Source: Eledone cirrhosa
Lineage: Eukaryota
DNA: 64,000 bases
NCBI GenBank assembly: GCA_964016885.1
Contig: OZ024742.1
Span: 370,698,001-370,762,000 of the forward strand
Reading direction: 5' to 3'
The position numbers and the translations under genes are program-made. The first letter of the stretch is position 1. Every line of letters begins with the position of its first letter. Shown here in pieces: positions 1 through 15,000 of the stretch. The notes beneath the pieces were generated by a model. That model did no database searches. It was not told where the DNA came from and saw nothing but the letters and a program-made list of their open reading frames with translations.

Positions 1-3000
1 ACTCCTCATATAGTGGTGGTTCTACCTCAGGTGAGGTATACTCCTCATATAGGGTTGGTTCTACCTCAGGTGAGATATACTCCTCATATAATGGTGGTTG
101 TACCTCAGCTGAGATATACTCCTCATATAGGGGTGGTTCTACCTCAGCTGAGGTATACTCCTCATATAGTGGTGGTTCTACCTCAGGTGAGGTATACTCC
201 TCATATAGTGGTGGTTCTACCTCAGGTGAGATATATTCCTCATATAGTGGTGGTTCTACCTCAGGTGAGGTATACTCCTCATATATTGGTGGTTTTACCT
301 CAGGTGAGGTATACTCCTCATATAGTGGTGGTTTTACCTCAGGGGAGGTATACTCCTCATATAGTGGTGGTTCTACCTCAGGTGAGGTATACACCTCATA
401 TAGTGGTGGTTCTACCTCAGGTGAGATATACTCTTCATATAATGATGGTTTTACCTCAGGTGAGGTATACTCCTCATATAGTGGTGGTTTTACCTCAGGT
501 GAGATATACTCCTCATATAGTGGTGGTTCTACCTCAGGTGAGGTATACTCCTCATATAGTGGTGGTTTTACCTCAGGTGAGGTATACTCCTCATATAATG
601 GTGGTTCTACCTCAGGTGTGGTATACTCCTCATATAGTGGTGGTTCTACCTCAGGTGAGGTATACTCCTCATATAGTGGTGGTTTTACCTCAGGTGAGGT
701 ATACTCCTCATATAGTGGTGGTTCTACCTCAGGTGAGATATACTCCTCATATAGTGGTGGTTCTACCTCAGGTGAGATATACTCCTCATATAATGGTGGT
801 TCTACCTCAGGTGAGATATACTCCTCATATAATGGTGGTTCCACCTCAGGTGAGGTATACTCCTCATATAGTGGTGGTTCTACCTCAGGTGAGATATACT
901 CCTCATATAGTGGTGGTTCTACCTCAGGTGAGGTATACTCCTCATATAGTGGTGGTTCTACCTCAGGTGAGGTATACTCCGCATATAGTGGTGGTTCTAC
1001 CTCAGGTGAGGGATACTCTCATATAGTGGTGGTTTTACGTCAGGTGAGATATATTCCTCATATAGTGGCGGTTCTACCTCAGGTGAGGTGTACTTCTCAT
1101 ATAGTGGTGATTCTACCTCAGGTGAGATATACTCCTCATATAATGGTAGTTCTACCTCAGGTGAGATATACTCCTCATATAGTGGTGGTTCTACCTCAAG
1201 TGAGATATACTCCTCATATAGTGGTGGTTCTACCTCAGGTGAGGTATACTCCTCATATAGTGGTGGTTCTACATCAGGTGAGGTATACTTTTCATATAGT
1301 GGTGGTTCTACCTCAGGTGAGGTAAACTCCTCATATAGTGGTTGTTCTACCTCAGGTGAGGTATACTCCTCATATAATGGTGGTTCTACCTCAGGTGAGG
1401 TATACTCCTCATATAGTGGTGGTTCTACCTCAGTTGAGATATACTCCTCATATAGTGGTGGTTCTACCTCAGGTGAGATATACTCCTCATATAGTGGTGG
1501 TTCTACCTCGGGTGAGATATACTCCTCATATAGTAGTGGTTCTACCTCAGGTGAGGTATACTCCTCATATAGTGGTGGTTCTACCTCAGGTGAGGTATAC
1601 TCCTCATATAGGGTTGGTTCTACCTCAGGTGAGATATACTCCTCATATAATGGTGGTTGTACCTCAGCTGAGATATACTCCTCATATAGGGGTGGTTCTA
1701 CCTCAGCTGAGGTATACTCCTCATATAGTGGTGGTTCTACCTCAGGTGAGGTATACTCCTCATATAGTGGTGGTTCTACCTCAGGTGAGATATATACCTC
1801 ATATAGTGGTGGTTCTACCTCAGGTGAGATATACTCCTCATATAGTGGTGGTTCTACCTCAGGTGAGATATACTCCTCATATAGTGGTGGTTCTACCTCA
1901 GGTGAGGTATACTCCTCATATAATGGTGGTTCTACCTCAGGTGAGATATACTCCTCATATAGTGGTGGTTCTACCTCAGGTGAGATATGCTCATCATATA
2001 GAGGTGGTTCTACCTCATTTGAGGTATACTCCTCATATAGTGGTGGTTCTACCTCAGGTGAGGTATACTCCTCATATAGTGGTGGTTCTACCTCAGGTGA
2101 GATATACTCCTCATATAGTGGTGGTTCTACCTCAGGTGAGATATGCTCATCATATAGTGGTTGTTCTACCTCAGGTGAGGTATGCTCCTCATATAGTGGT
2201 GGTTCTACCTCAGATGAGATATACTCCTCATATAGTGGTGGTTCTACCTCAGGTGAGATATGCTCATCATATAGTGGTGGTTCTACCTCAGGTGAGGTAT
2301 ACTCCTCATATAGTGGTGCTTCTACCTCAGGTGAGATATACTCCTCATATAGTGGTGGTTCTACCTCAGGTGAGATATACTCTTCATATAATGGTGGTTT
2401 TACCTCAGGTGAGGTATACTCCTCATATAGTGGTGGTTTTACCTCAGGTGAGATATACTCCTCATATACTGGTGGTTCTACCTCAGGTGAGGTATACTCC
2501 TCATATAGTGGTGGTTTTACCTCATGTGAGGTATACTCCTCATATAATGGTGGTTCTACCTCAGGTGAGGTATACTCCTCATATAGTGGTGGTTCTACCT
2601 CAGGTGAGGTATACTCCTCATATAGTGGTGGTTCTACCTCAGGTGAGGTATACTCTTCATATAGTCGTGGTTCTACCTCAGGTGAGATATACTCATCATA
2701 TAATGGTGGTTCTACCTCAGGTGAGATATACTCCTCATATAGTGGTGGTTCTACCTCAGGTGAGATATGCTCATCATATAGAGGTGGTTCTACCTCATGT
2801 GAGGTATACTCCTCATATAGTGGTGGTTCTACCTCAGGTGAGGTATACTCCTCATATAGTGGTGGTTCTACCTCAGGTGAGGTATACTCCCCATATAGTG
2901 GTGGTTCTACCTCAGGTGAGGGATACTCTCATATAGTGGTGGTTTTACGTCAGGTGAGATATATTCCTCATATAGTGGCGGTTCTACCTCAGGTGAGGTA

Positions 3001-6000
3001 TACTTCTCATATAGTGGTGATTCTACCTCAGGTGAGATATACTCCTCATATAATGGTAGTTCTACCTCAGGTGAGATATAGTCCTCATATAGTGGTGGTT
3101 CTACCTCAAGTGAGATATACTCCTCATATAGTGGTGGTTCTACCTCAGGTGAGGTATACTCCTCATATAGTGGTGGTTCTACCTCAGGTGAGGTATACTT
3201 TTCATATAGTGGTGGTTCTACCTCAGGTGAGGTAAACTCCTCATATAGTGGTTGTTCTACCTCAGGTGAGGTATACTCCTCATATAATGGTGGTTCTACC
3301 TCAGGTGAGGTATACTCCTCATATAGTGGTGGTTCTACCTCGGGTGAGATATACTCCTCATATAGTAGTGGTTCTACCTCAGGTGAGGTATACTCCTCAT
3401 ATAGTGGTGGTTCTACCTCAGGTGAGGTATACTCCTCATATAGGGTTGGTTCTACCTCAGGTGAGATATACTCATCATATAATGGTGGTTGTACCTCAGC
3501 TGAGATATACTCCTCATATAGGGGTGGTTCTACCTCAGCTGAGGTATACTCCTCATATAGTGGTGGTTCTACCTCAGGTGAGGTATACTCCTCATATAGT
3601 GGTGGTTCTACCTCAGGTGAGATATATACCTCATATAGTGGTGGTTCTACCTCAGGTGAGATATACTCCTCATATAGTGGTGGTTCTACCTCAGGTGAGA
3701 TATACTCCTCATATAGGTGGTGGTTCTACCTCAGGTGAGGTATACTCCTCATATAGGGTTGGTTCTACCTCAGGTGAGATATACTCCTCATATAATGGTG
3801 GTTGTACCTCAGCTGAGATATACTCCTCATATAGGGGTGGTTCTACCTCAGCTGAGGTATACTCCTCATATAGTGGTGGTTCTACCTCAGGTGAGGTATA
3901 CTCCTCATATAATGGTGGTTCTACCTCAGGTGAGATATACTCCTTATATAGTGGTGGTTCTACCTCAGGTGAGATATGCTCATCATATAGAGGTGGTTCT
4001 ACCTCATTTGAGGTATACTCCTCATATAGTGGTGGTTCTACCTCAGGTGAGTTATACTCCTCATATAGTGGTGGTTCTACCTCAGGTGAGATATACTCCT
4101 CATATAGTGGTGGTTCTACCTCAGGTGAGATATGCTCATCATATAGTGGTGGTTCTACCTCAGGTGAGGTATACTCCTCATATAGTGGTGCTTCTACCTC
4201 AGGTGAGATATACTCCTCATATTGTGGTGGTTCTACCTCAGGTGAGATATACTCTTCATATAATGGTGGTTTTACCTCAGGTGAGGTATACTCCTCATAC
4301 AGTGGTGGTTTTACCTCAGGTGAGATATACTCCTCATATAGTGGTGGTTCTACCTCAGGTGAGGTATACTCCTCATATAGTGGTGGTTTTACCTCATGTG
4401 AGGTATACTCCTCATATAATGGTGGTTCTACCTCAGGTGAGGTATACTCCTCATATAGTGGTGGTTCTACCTCAGGTGAGGTATACTCCTCATATAGTGG
4501 TGGTTCTACCTCAGGTGAGGTATACTCTTCATATAGTCGTGGTTCTACCTCAGGTGAGATATACTCATCATATAATGGTGGTTCTACCTCAGGTGAGATA
4601 TACTCCTCATATAGTGGTGGTTCTACCTCAGGTGAGATATGCTCATCATATAGAGGTGGTTCTACCTCATGTGAGGTATACTCCTCATATAGTGGTGCTT
4701 CTACCTCAGGTGAGATATACTCCTCATATAGTGGTGGTTCTACCTCAGGTGAGATATACTCCTCATATAGTGGTGGTTCTACCTCAGGTGAGATATGCTC
4801 ATCATATAGTGGTTGTTCTACCTCAGGTGAGGTATGCTCCTCATATAGTGGTGGTTCTACCTCAGGTGAGATATACTCCTCATATAGTGGTGGTTCTACC
4901 TCAGGTGAGATATGCTCATCATATAGTGGTGGTTCTACCTCAGGTGAGGTATACTCCTCATATAGTGGTGCTTCTACCTCAGGTGAGATATACTCCTCAT
5001 ATAGTGGTGGTTCTACCTCAGGTGAGATATACTCTTCATATAATGGTGGTTTTACCTCAGGTGAGGTATACTCCTCATATAGTGGTGGTTTTACCTCAGG
5101 TGAGATATACTCCTCATATAGTGGTGGTTCTACCTCAGGTGAGGTATACTCCTCATATAGTGGTGGTTTTACCTCAGGTGAGGTATACTCCTCATATAAT
5201 GGTGGTTCTACCTCAGTTGAGGTATACTCCTCATATAGTGGTGGTTCTACCTCAGGTGAGGTATACTCCTCATATAATGATGGTTCTACCTCAGGGGAGG
5301 TATACTCCTCATATAGGGGTGGTTCTACCTCAGGTGAGATATACTCCTCATATAATGTTGGTTCTACCTCAGGGGATGTATACTCCTCATATAGTGGAGC
5401 TTCTACCTCAGGTGAGATATACTCCTCATATAGTGGTGGTTCTACCTCAGGTGAGATATGCTCATCATATAGTTGTGGTTCTACCTCAGGTGAGGTATAC
5501 TCCTCATATAGTGGTGCTTCTACCTCAGGTGAGATATACTCCTCATATAGTGGTGGTTCTACCTCAGGTGAGATATACTCCTCATATAGTGGTGGTTCTA
5601 CCTCAGGTGAGATATGCTCATCATATAGTGGTGGTTCTACCTCAGGTGAGGTATACTCCTCATATAGTGGTGCTTCTACCTCAGGTGAGATATACTCCTC
5701 ATATAGTGGTGGTTCTACCTCAGGTGAGATATACTCTTCATATAATGGTGGTTTTACCTCAGGTGAGGTATACTCCTCATATAGTGGTGGTTTTACCTCA
5801 AGTGAGATATACTCCTCATATAGTGGTGGTTCTACCTCAGGTGAGGTATACTCCTCATATAGTGGTGGTTTTACCTCAGTGAGGTATACTCCTCATAAAG
5901 TGGTGGTTCTACCTCAGGTGAGGTATACTCCTCATATAGTGGTGGTTCTACCTCAGGGGAGGTATACTCCTCATATAGGGGTGGTTCTACCTCAGGTGAG

Positions 6001-9000
6001 ATATACTCCTCATATAATGTTGGTTCTACCTCAGGGGATGTATACTCCTCATATAGTGGAGCTTCTACCTCAGGTGAGATATACTCCTCATATAGTGGTG
6101 GTTCTACCTCAGGTGAGATATGCTCATCATATAGTTGTGGTTCTACCTCAGGTGAGGTATACTCCTCATATAGTGGTGCTTCTACCTCAGGTGAGATATA
6201 CTCCTCATATAGTGGTGGTTCTACCTCAGGTGAGATATACTCTTCATATAGTGGTGGTTCTACCTCAGGTGAGGTATACTCCTCATATAGTGGTGGTTTT
6301 ACCTCAGGTGAGGCATACTCCTCATATAGTGGTGGTTTTACCTCAGGCGAGGCATACTCCTCATATAGTGGTGGTTCTACCTCAGGTGAGGTATACTCCT
6401 CATATAGTGGTGGTTCTACCTCAGGTGAGATATACTCTTCATATAATGATGGTTTTACCTCAGGTGAGGTATACTCCTCATATAGTGGTGGTTTTACCTC
6501 AGGTGAGATATACTCCTCATATAGTGGTGGTTCTACCTCAGGTGAGGTATACTCCTCATATAGTGGTGGTTTTACCTCAGGTGAGGTATACTCCTCATAT
6601 AATGGTGGTTCTACCTCAGGTGAGGTATACTCCTCATATAGTGGTGGTTCTACCTCAGGTGAGGTATACTCCTCATATAATGGTGGTTCTACCTCAGGGG
6701 AAGTATACTCCTCATATAGGTGTGGTTCTACTTCAGGTGAGATATACTCCTCATATAATGGTGGTTCTACCTCAGGGGAGTATACTCCTCATATAGTGGT
6801 GCTTCTACCTCAGGTGAGATATACTCCTCATATAATGGTGGTTCTGCCTCAGGTGAGATATACTCCTCATATAGTGGTGCTTCTACCTCAGGTGAGATAT
6901 ACTCCTCATATAGTGGTGGTTCTACCTCAGGTGAGGTATACTCCTCATATAGTGGTGGTTCTACCTCAGGTGAGGTAAACTCCTCATATAGTGGTGGTTC
7001 TACCTCAGGTGAGATATACTCCTCATATAGTGGTGGTTCTACCTCAGGTGAGATATGCTCATCATATAGTGGTTGTTCTACCTCAGGTGAGGTATGCTCC
7101 TCATATAGTGGTGGTTCTACCTCAGGTGAGATATACTCCTCATATAGTGGTGGTTCTACCTCAGGTGAGATATGCTCATCATATAGTGGTGGTTCTACCT
7201 CAGGTGAGGTATACTCCTCATATAGTGGTGCTTCTACCTCAGGTGAGATATACTCCTCATATTGTGGTGGTTCTACCTCAGGTGAGATATACTCTTCATA
7301 TAATGGTGGTTTTACCTCAGGTGAGGTATACTCCTCATATAGTGGTGGTTTTACCTCAGGTGAGATATACTCCTCATATAGTGGTGGTTCTACCTCAGGT
7401 GAGGTATACTCCTCATATAGTGGTGGTTTTACCTCATGTGAGGTATACTCCTCATATAATGGTGGTTCTACCTCAGGTGAGGTATACTCCTCATATAGTG
7501 GTGGTTCTACCTCAGGTGAGGTATACTCCTCATATAGTGGTGGTTCTACCTCAGGTGAGGTATACTCTTCATATAGTGGTGGTTCTACCTCAGGTGAGAT
7601 ATACTCATCATATAATGGTGGTTCTACCTCAGGTGAGATATACTCCTCATATAGTGGTGGTTCTACCTCAGGTGAGATATGCTCATCAAATAGAGGTGGT
7701 TCTACCTCATGTGAGGTATACTCCTCATATAGTGGTGCTTCTACCTCAGGTGAGATATACTCCTCATATAGTGGTGGTTCTACCTCAGGTGAGATATACT
7801 CCTCATATAGTGGTGGTTCTACCTCAGGTGAGATATGCTCATCATATAGTGGTTGTTCTACCTCAGGTGAGGTATGCTCCTCATATAGTGGTGGTTCTAC
7901 CTCAGGTGAGATATACTCCTCATATAGTGGTGGTTCTACCTCAGGTGAGATATGCTCATCATATAGTGGTGGTTCTACCTCAGGTGAGGTATACTCCTCA
8001 TATAGTGGTGCTTCTACCTCAGGTGAGATATACTCCTCATATAGTGGTGGTTCTACCTCAGGTGAGATATACTCTTCATATAATGGTGGTTTTACCTCAG
8101 GTGAGGTATACTCCTCATATAGTGGTGGTTTTACCTCAGGTGAGATATACTCCTCATATAGTGGTGGTTCTGCCTCAGGTGAGGTATACTCCTCATATAG
8201 TGGTGGTTTTACCTCAGGTGAGGTATACTCCTCATATAATGGTGGTTCTACCTCAGTTGAGGTATACTCCTCATATAGTGGTGGTTCTACCTCAGGTGAG
8301 GTATACTCCTCATATAATGATGGTTCTACCTCAGGGGAGGTATACTCCTCATATAGGGGTGGTTCTACCTCAGGTGAGATATACTCCTCATATAATGTTG
8401 GTTCTACCTCAGGGGATGTATACTCCTCATATAGTGGAGCTTCTACCTCAGGTGAGATATACTCCTCATATAGTGGTGGTTCTACCTCAGCTGAGATATG
8501 CTCATCATATAGTTGTGGTTCTACCTCAGGTGAGGTATACTCCTCATATAGTGGTGCTTCTACCTCAGGTGAGATATACTCCTCATATAGTGGTGGTTCT
8601 ACCTCAGGTGAGATATACTCCTCATATAGTGGTGGTTCTACCTCACGTGAGATATGCTCATCATATAGTGGTGGTTCTACCTCAGGTGAGGTATACTCCT
8701 CATATAGTGGTGCTACTACCTCAGGTGAGATATACTCCTCATATAGTGGTGGTTCTACCTCAGGTGAGATATACTCTTCATATAATGGTGGTTTTACCTC
8801 AGGTGAGGTATACTCCTCATATAGTGGTGGTTTTACCTCAAGTGAGATATACTCCTCATATAGTGGTGGTTCTACGTCAGGTGAGGTATACTCCTCATAT
8901 AGTGGTGGTTTTACCTCAGTGAGGTATACTCCTCATATAGTGGTGGTTCTACCTCAGGTGAGGTATACTCCTCATATAATGATGGTTCTACCTCAGGGGA

Positions 9001-12000
9001 GGTATACTCCTCATATAGGGGTGGTTCTACCTCAGGTGAGATATACTCCTCATATAATGTTGGTTCTACCTCAGGGGATGTATACTCCTCATATAGTGGA
9101 GCTTCTACCTCAGGTGAGATATACTCCTCATATAGTGGTGGTTCTACCTCAGGTGAGATATGCTCATCATATAGTTGTGGTTCTACCTCAGGTGAGGTAT
9201 ACTCCTCATATAGTGGTGCTTCTACCTCAGGTGAGATATACTCCTCATATAGTGGTGGTTCTACCTCAGGTGAGATATACTCTTCATATAGTGGTGGTTC
9301 TACCTCAGGTGAGGTATACTCCTCATATAGTGGTGGTTTTATCTCAGGTGAGGCATACTCCTCATATAGTGGTGGTTTTACCTCAGGCGAGGCATACTCC
9401 TCATATAGTGGTGGTTCTACCTCAGGTGAGGTATACTCCTCATATAGTGGTGGTTCTACCTCAGGTGAGATATACTCTTCATATAATGATGGTTTTACCT
9501 CAGGTGAGGTATACTCCTCATATAGTGGTGGTTTTACCTCAGGTGAGATATACTCCTCATATAGTGGTGGTTCTACCTCAGGTGAGGTATACTCCTCATA
9601 TAGTGGTGGTTTTACCTCAGGTGAGGTATACTCCTCATATAATGGTGGTTCTACCTCAGGTGAGGTATACTCCTCATATAGTGGTGGTTCTACCTCAGGT
9701 GAGGTATACTCCTCATATAATGGTGGTTCTACCTCAGGGGAAGTATACTCCTCATATAGGTGTGGTTCTACTTCAGGTGAGATATACTCCTCATATAATG
9801 GTGGTTCTACCTCAGGGGAGTATACTCCTCATATAGTGGTGCTTCTACCTCAGGTGAGATATACTCCTCATATAATGGTGGTTCTGCCTCAGGTGAGATA
9901 TACTCCTCATATAGTGGTGCTTCTACCTCAGGTGAGATATACTCCTCATATAGTGGTGGTTCTACCTCAGGTGAGGTATACTCCTCATATAATGGTAGTT
10001 CTACCTCAGGTGAGATATACTCCTCATATAGTGGTGGTTCTACCTCAAGTGAGATATACTCCTCATATAGTGGTGGTTCTACCTCAGGTGAGGTATACTC
10101 CTCATATAGTGGTGGTTCTACCTCAGGTGAGGTATACTTTTCATATAGTGGTGGTTCTACCTCAGGTGAGGTAAACTCCTCATATAGTGGTTGTTCTACC
10201 TCAGGTGAGGTATACTCCTCATATAATGGTGGTTCTACCTCAGGTGAGGTATACTCCTCATATAGTGGTGGTTCTACCTCGGGTGAGATATACTCCTCAT
10301 ATAGTAGTGGTTCTACCTCAGGTGAGGTATACTCCTCATATAGTGGTGGTTCTACCTCAGGTGAGGTATACTCCTCATATAGGGTTGGTTCTACCTCAGG
10401 TGAGATATACTCCTCATATAATGGTGGTTGTACCTCAGCTGAGATATACTCCTCATATAGGGGTGGTTCTACCTCAGCTGAGGTATACTCCTCATATAGT
10501 GGTGGTTCTACCTCAGGTGAGGTATACTCCTCATATAGTGGTGGTTCTACCTCAGGTGAGATATATACCTCATATAGTGGTGGTTCTACCTCAGGTGAGA
10601 TATACTCCTCATATAGTGGTGGTTCTACCTCAGGTGAGATATACTCCTCATATAGTGGTGGTTCTACCTCAGGTGAGGTATACTCCTCATATAGGGTTGG
10701 TTCTACCTCAGGTGAGATATACTCCTCATATAATGGTGGTTGTACCTCAGCTGAGATATACTCCTCATATAGGGGTGGTTCTACCTCAGCTGAGGTATAC
10801 TCCTCATATAGTGGTGGTTCTACCTCAGGTGAGGTATACTCCTCATATAATGGTGGTTCTACCTCAGGTGAGATATACTCCTTATATAGTGGTGGTTCTA
10901 CCTCAGGTGAGATATGCTCATCATATAGAGGTGGTTCTACCTCATTTGAGGTATACTCCTCATATAGTGGCGGTTCTACCTCAGGTGAGTTATACTCCTC
11001 ATATAGTGGTGGTTCTACCTCAGGTGAGATATACTCCTCATATAGTGGTGGTTCTACCTCAGGTGAGATATGCTCATCATATAGTGGTTGTTCTACCTCA
11101 GGTGAGGTATGCTCCTCATATAGTGGTGGTTCTACCTCAGGTGAGATATACTCCTCATATAGTGGTGGTTCTACCTCAGGTGAGATATGCTCATCATATA
11201 GTGGTGGTTCTACCTCAGGTGAGGTATACTCCTCATATAGTGGTGCTTCTACCTCAGGTGAGATATACTCCTCATATTGTGGTGGTTCTACCTCAGGTGA
11301 GATATACTCTTCATATAATGGTGGTTTTACCTCAGGTGAGGTATACTCCTCATATAGTGGTGGTTTTACCTCAGGTGAGATATACTCCTCATATAGTGGT
11401 GGTTCTACCTCAGGTGAGGTATACTCCTCATATAGTGGTGGTTTTACCTCATGTGAGGTATACTCCTCATATAATGGTGGTTCTACCTCAGGTGAGGTAT
11501 ACTCCTCATATAGTGGTGGTTCTACCTCAGGTGAGGTATACTCCTCATATAGTGGTGGTTCTACCTCAGGTGAGGTATACTCTTCATATAGTCGTGGTTC
11601 TACCTCAGGTGAGATATACTCATCATATAATGGTGGTTCTACCTCAGGTGAGATATACTCCTCATATAGTGGTGGTTCTACCTCAGGTGAGATATGCTCA
11701 TCATATAGAGGTGGTTCTACCTCATGTGAGGTATACTCCTCATATAGTGGTGCTTCTACCTCAGGTGAGATATACTCCTCATATAGTGGTGGTTCTACCT
11801 CAGGTGAGATATACTCCTCATATAGTGGTGGTTCTACCTCAGGTGAGATATGCTCATCATATAGTGGTTGTTCTACCTCAGGTGAGGTATGCTCCTCATA
11901 TAGTGGTGGTTCTACCTCAGGTGAGATATACTCCTCATATAGTGGTGGTTCTACCTCAGGTGAGATATGCTCATCATATAGTGGTGGTTCTACCTCAGGT

Positions 12001-15000
12001 GAGGTATACTCCTCATATAGTGGTGCTTCTACCTCAGGTGAGATATACTCCTCATATAGTGGTGGTTCTACCTCAGGTGAGATATACTCTTCATATAATG
12101 GTGGTTTTACCTCAGGTGAGGTATACTCCTCATATAGTGGTGGTTTTACCTCAGGTGAGATATACTCCTCTTATAGTGGTGGTTCTACCTCAGGTGAGGT
12201 ATACTCCTCATATAGTGGTGGTTTTACCTCAGGTGAGGTATACTCCTCATATAATGGTGGTTCTACCTCAGTTGAGGTATACTCCTCATATAGTGGTGGT
12301 TCTACCTCAGGTGAGGTATACTCCTCATATAATGATGGTTCTACCTCAGGGGAGGTATACTCCTCATATAGGGGTGGTTCTACCTCAGGTGAGATATACT
12401 CCTCATATAATGTTGGTTCTACCTCAGGGGATGTATACTCCTCATATAGTGGAGCTTCTACCTCAGGTGAGATATACTCCTCATATAGTGGTGGTTCTAC
12501 CTCAGGTGAGATATGCTCATCATATAGTTGTGGTTCTACCTCAGGTGAGGTATACTCCTCATATAGTGGTGCTTCTACCTCAGGTGAGATATACTCCTCA
12601 TATAGTGGTGGTTCTACCTCAGGTGAGATATACTCCTCATATAGTGGTGGTTCTACCTCAGGTGAGATATGCTCATCATATAGTGGTGGTTCTACCTCAG
12701 GTGAGGTATACTCCTCATATAGTGGTGCTTCTACCTCAGGTGAGATATACTCCTCATATAGTGGTGGTTCTACCTCAGGTGAGATATACTCTTCATATAA
12801 TGGTGGTTTTACCTCAGGTGAGGTATACTCCTCATATAGTGGTGGTTTTACCTCAAGTGAGATATACTCCTCATATAGTGGTGGTTCTACCTCAGGTGAG
12901 GTATACTCCTCATATAGTGGTGGTTTTACCTCAGTGAGGTATACTCCTCATATAGTGGTGGTTCTACCTCAGGTGAGGTATACTCCTCATATAGTGATGG
13001 TTCTACCTCAGGGGAGGTATACTCCTCATATAGGGGTGGTTCTACCTCAGGTGAGATATACTCCTCATATAATGTTGGTTCTACCTCAGGGGATGTATAC
13101 TCCTCATATAGTGGAGCTTCTACCTCAGGTGAGATATACTCCTCATATAGTGGTGGTTCTACCTCAGGTGAGATATGCTCATCATATAGTTGTGGTTCTA
13201 CCTCAGGTGAGGTATACTCCTCATATAGTGGTGCTTCTACCTCAGGTGAGATATACTCCTCATATAGTGGTGGTTCTACCTCAGGTGAGATATACTCTTC
13301 ATATAGTGGTGGTTCTACCTCAGGTGAGGTATACTCCTCATATAGTGGTGGTTTTACCTCAGGTGAGGCATACTCCTCATATAGTGGTGGTTTTACCTCA
13401 GGCGAGGCATACTCCTCATATAGTGGTGGTTCTACCTCAGGTGAGGTATACTCCTCATATAGTGGTGGTTCTACCTCAGGTGAGATATACTCTTCATATA
13501 ATGATGGTTTTACCTCAGGTGAGGTATACTCCTCATATAGTGGTGGTTTTACCTCAGGTGAGATATACTCCTCATATAGTGGTGGTTCTACCTCAGGTGA
13601 GGTATACTCCTCATATAGTGGTGGTTTTACCTCAGGTGAGGTATACTCCTCATATAATGGTGGTTCTACCTCAGGTGAGGTATACTCCTCATATAGTGGT
13701 GGTTCTACCTCAGGTGAGGTATACTCCTCATATAATGGTGGTTCTACCTCAGGGGAAGTATACTCCTCATATAGGTGTGGTTCTACTTCAGGTGAGATAT
13801 ACTCCTCATATAATGGTGGTTCTACCTCAGGGGAGTATACTCCTCATATAGTGGTGCTTCTAGCTCAGGTGAGATATACTCCTCATATAATGGTGGTTCT
13901 GCCTCAGGTGAGATATACTCCTCATATAGTGGTGCTTCTACCTCAGGTGAGATATACTCCTCATATAGTGGTGGTTCTACCTCAGGTGAGGTATACTCCT
14001 CATATAGTGGTGGTTCTACCTCAGGTGAGGTAAACTCCTCATATAGTGGTGGTTCTACCTCAGGTGAGATATACTCCTCATATAGTGGTGGTTCTACCTC
14101 AGGTGAGATATGCTCATCATATAGTGGTTGTTCTACCTCAGGTGAGGTATGCTCCTCATATAGTGGTGGTTCTACCTCAGGTGAGATATACTCCTCATAT
14201 AGTGGTGGTTCTACCTCAGGTGAGATATGCTCATCATATAGTGGTGGTTCTACCTCAGGTGAGGTATACTCCTCATATAGTGGTGCTTCTACCTCAGGTG
14301 AGATATACTCCTCATATTGTGGTGGTTCTACCTCAGGTGAGATATACTCTTCATATAATGGTGGTTTTACCTCAGGTGAGGTATACTCCTCATATAGTGG
14401 TGGTTTTACCTCAGGTGAGATATACTCCTCATATAGTGGTGGTTCTACCTCAGGTGAGGTATACTCCTCATATAGTGGTGGTTTTACCTCATGTGAGGTA
14501 TACTCCTCATATAATGGTGGTTCTACCTCAGGTGAGGTATACTCCTCATATAGTGGTGGTTCTACCTCAGGTGAGGTATACTCCTCATATAGTGGTGGTT
14601 CTACCTCAGGTGAGGTATACTCTTCATATAGTCGTGGTTCTACCTCAGGTGAGATATACTCATCATATAATGGTGGTTCTACCTCAGGTGAGATATACTC
14701 CTCATATAGTGGTGGTTCTACCTCAGGTGAGATATGCTCATCATATAGAGGTGGTTCTACCTCATGTGAGGTATACTCCTCATATAGTGGTGCTTCTACC
14801 TCAGGTGAGATATACTCCTCATATAGTGGTGGTTCTACCTCAGGTGAGATATACTCCTCATATAGTGGTGGTTCTACCTCAGGTGAGATATGCTCATCAT
14901 ATAGTGGTTGTTCTACCTCAGGTGAGGTATGCTCCTCATATAGTGGTGGTTCTACCTCAGGTGAGATATACTCCTCATATAGTGGTGGTTCTACCTCAGG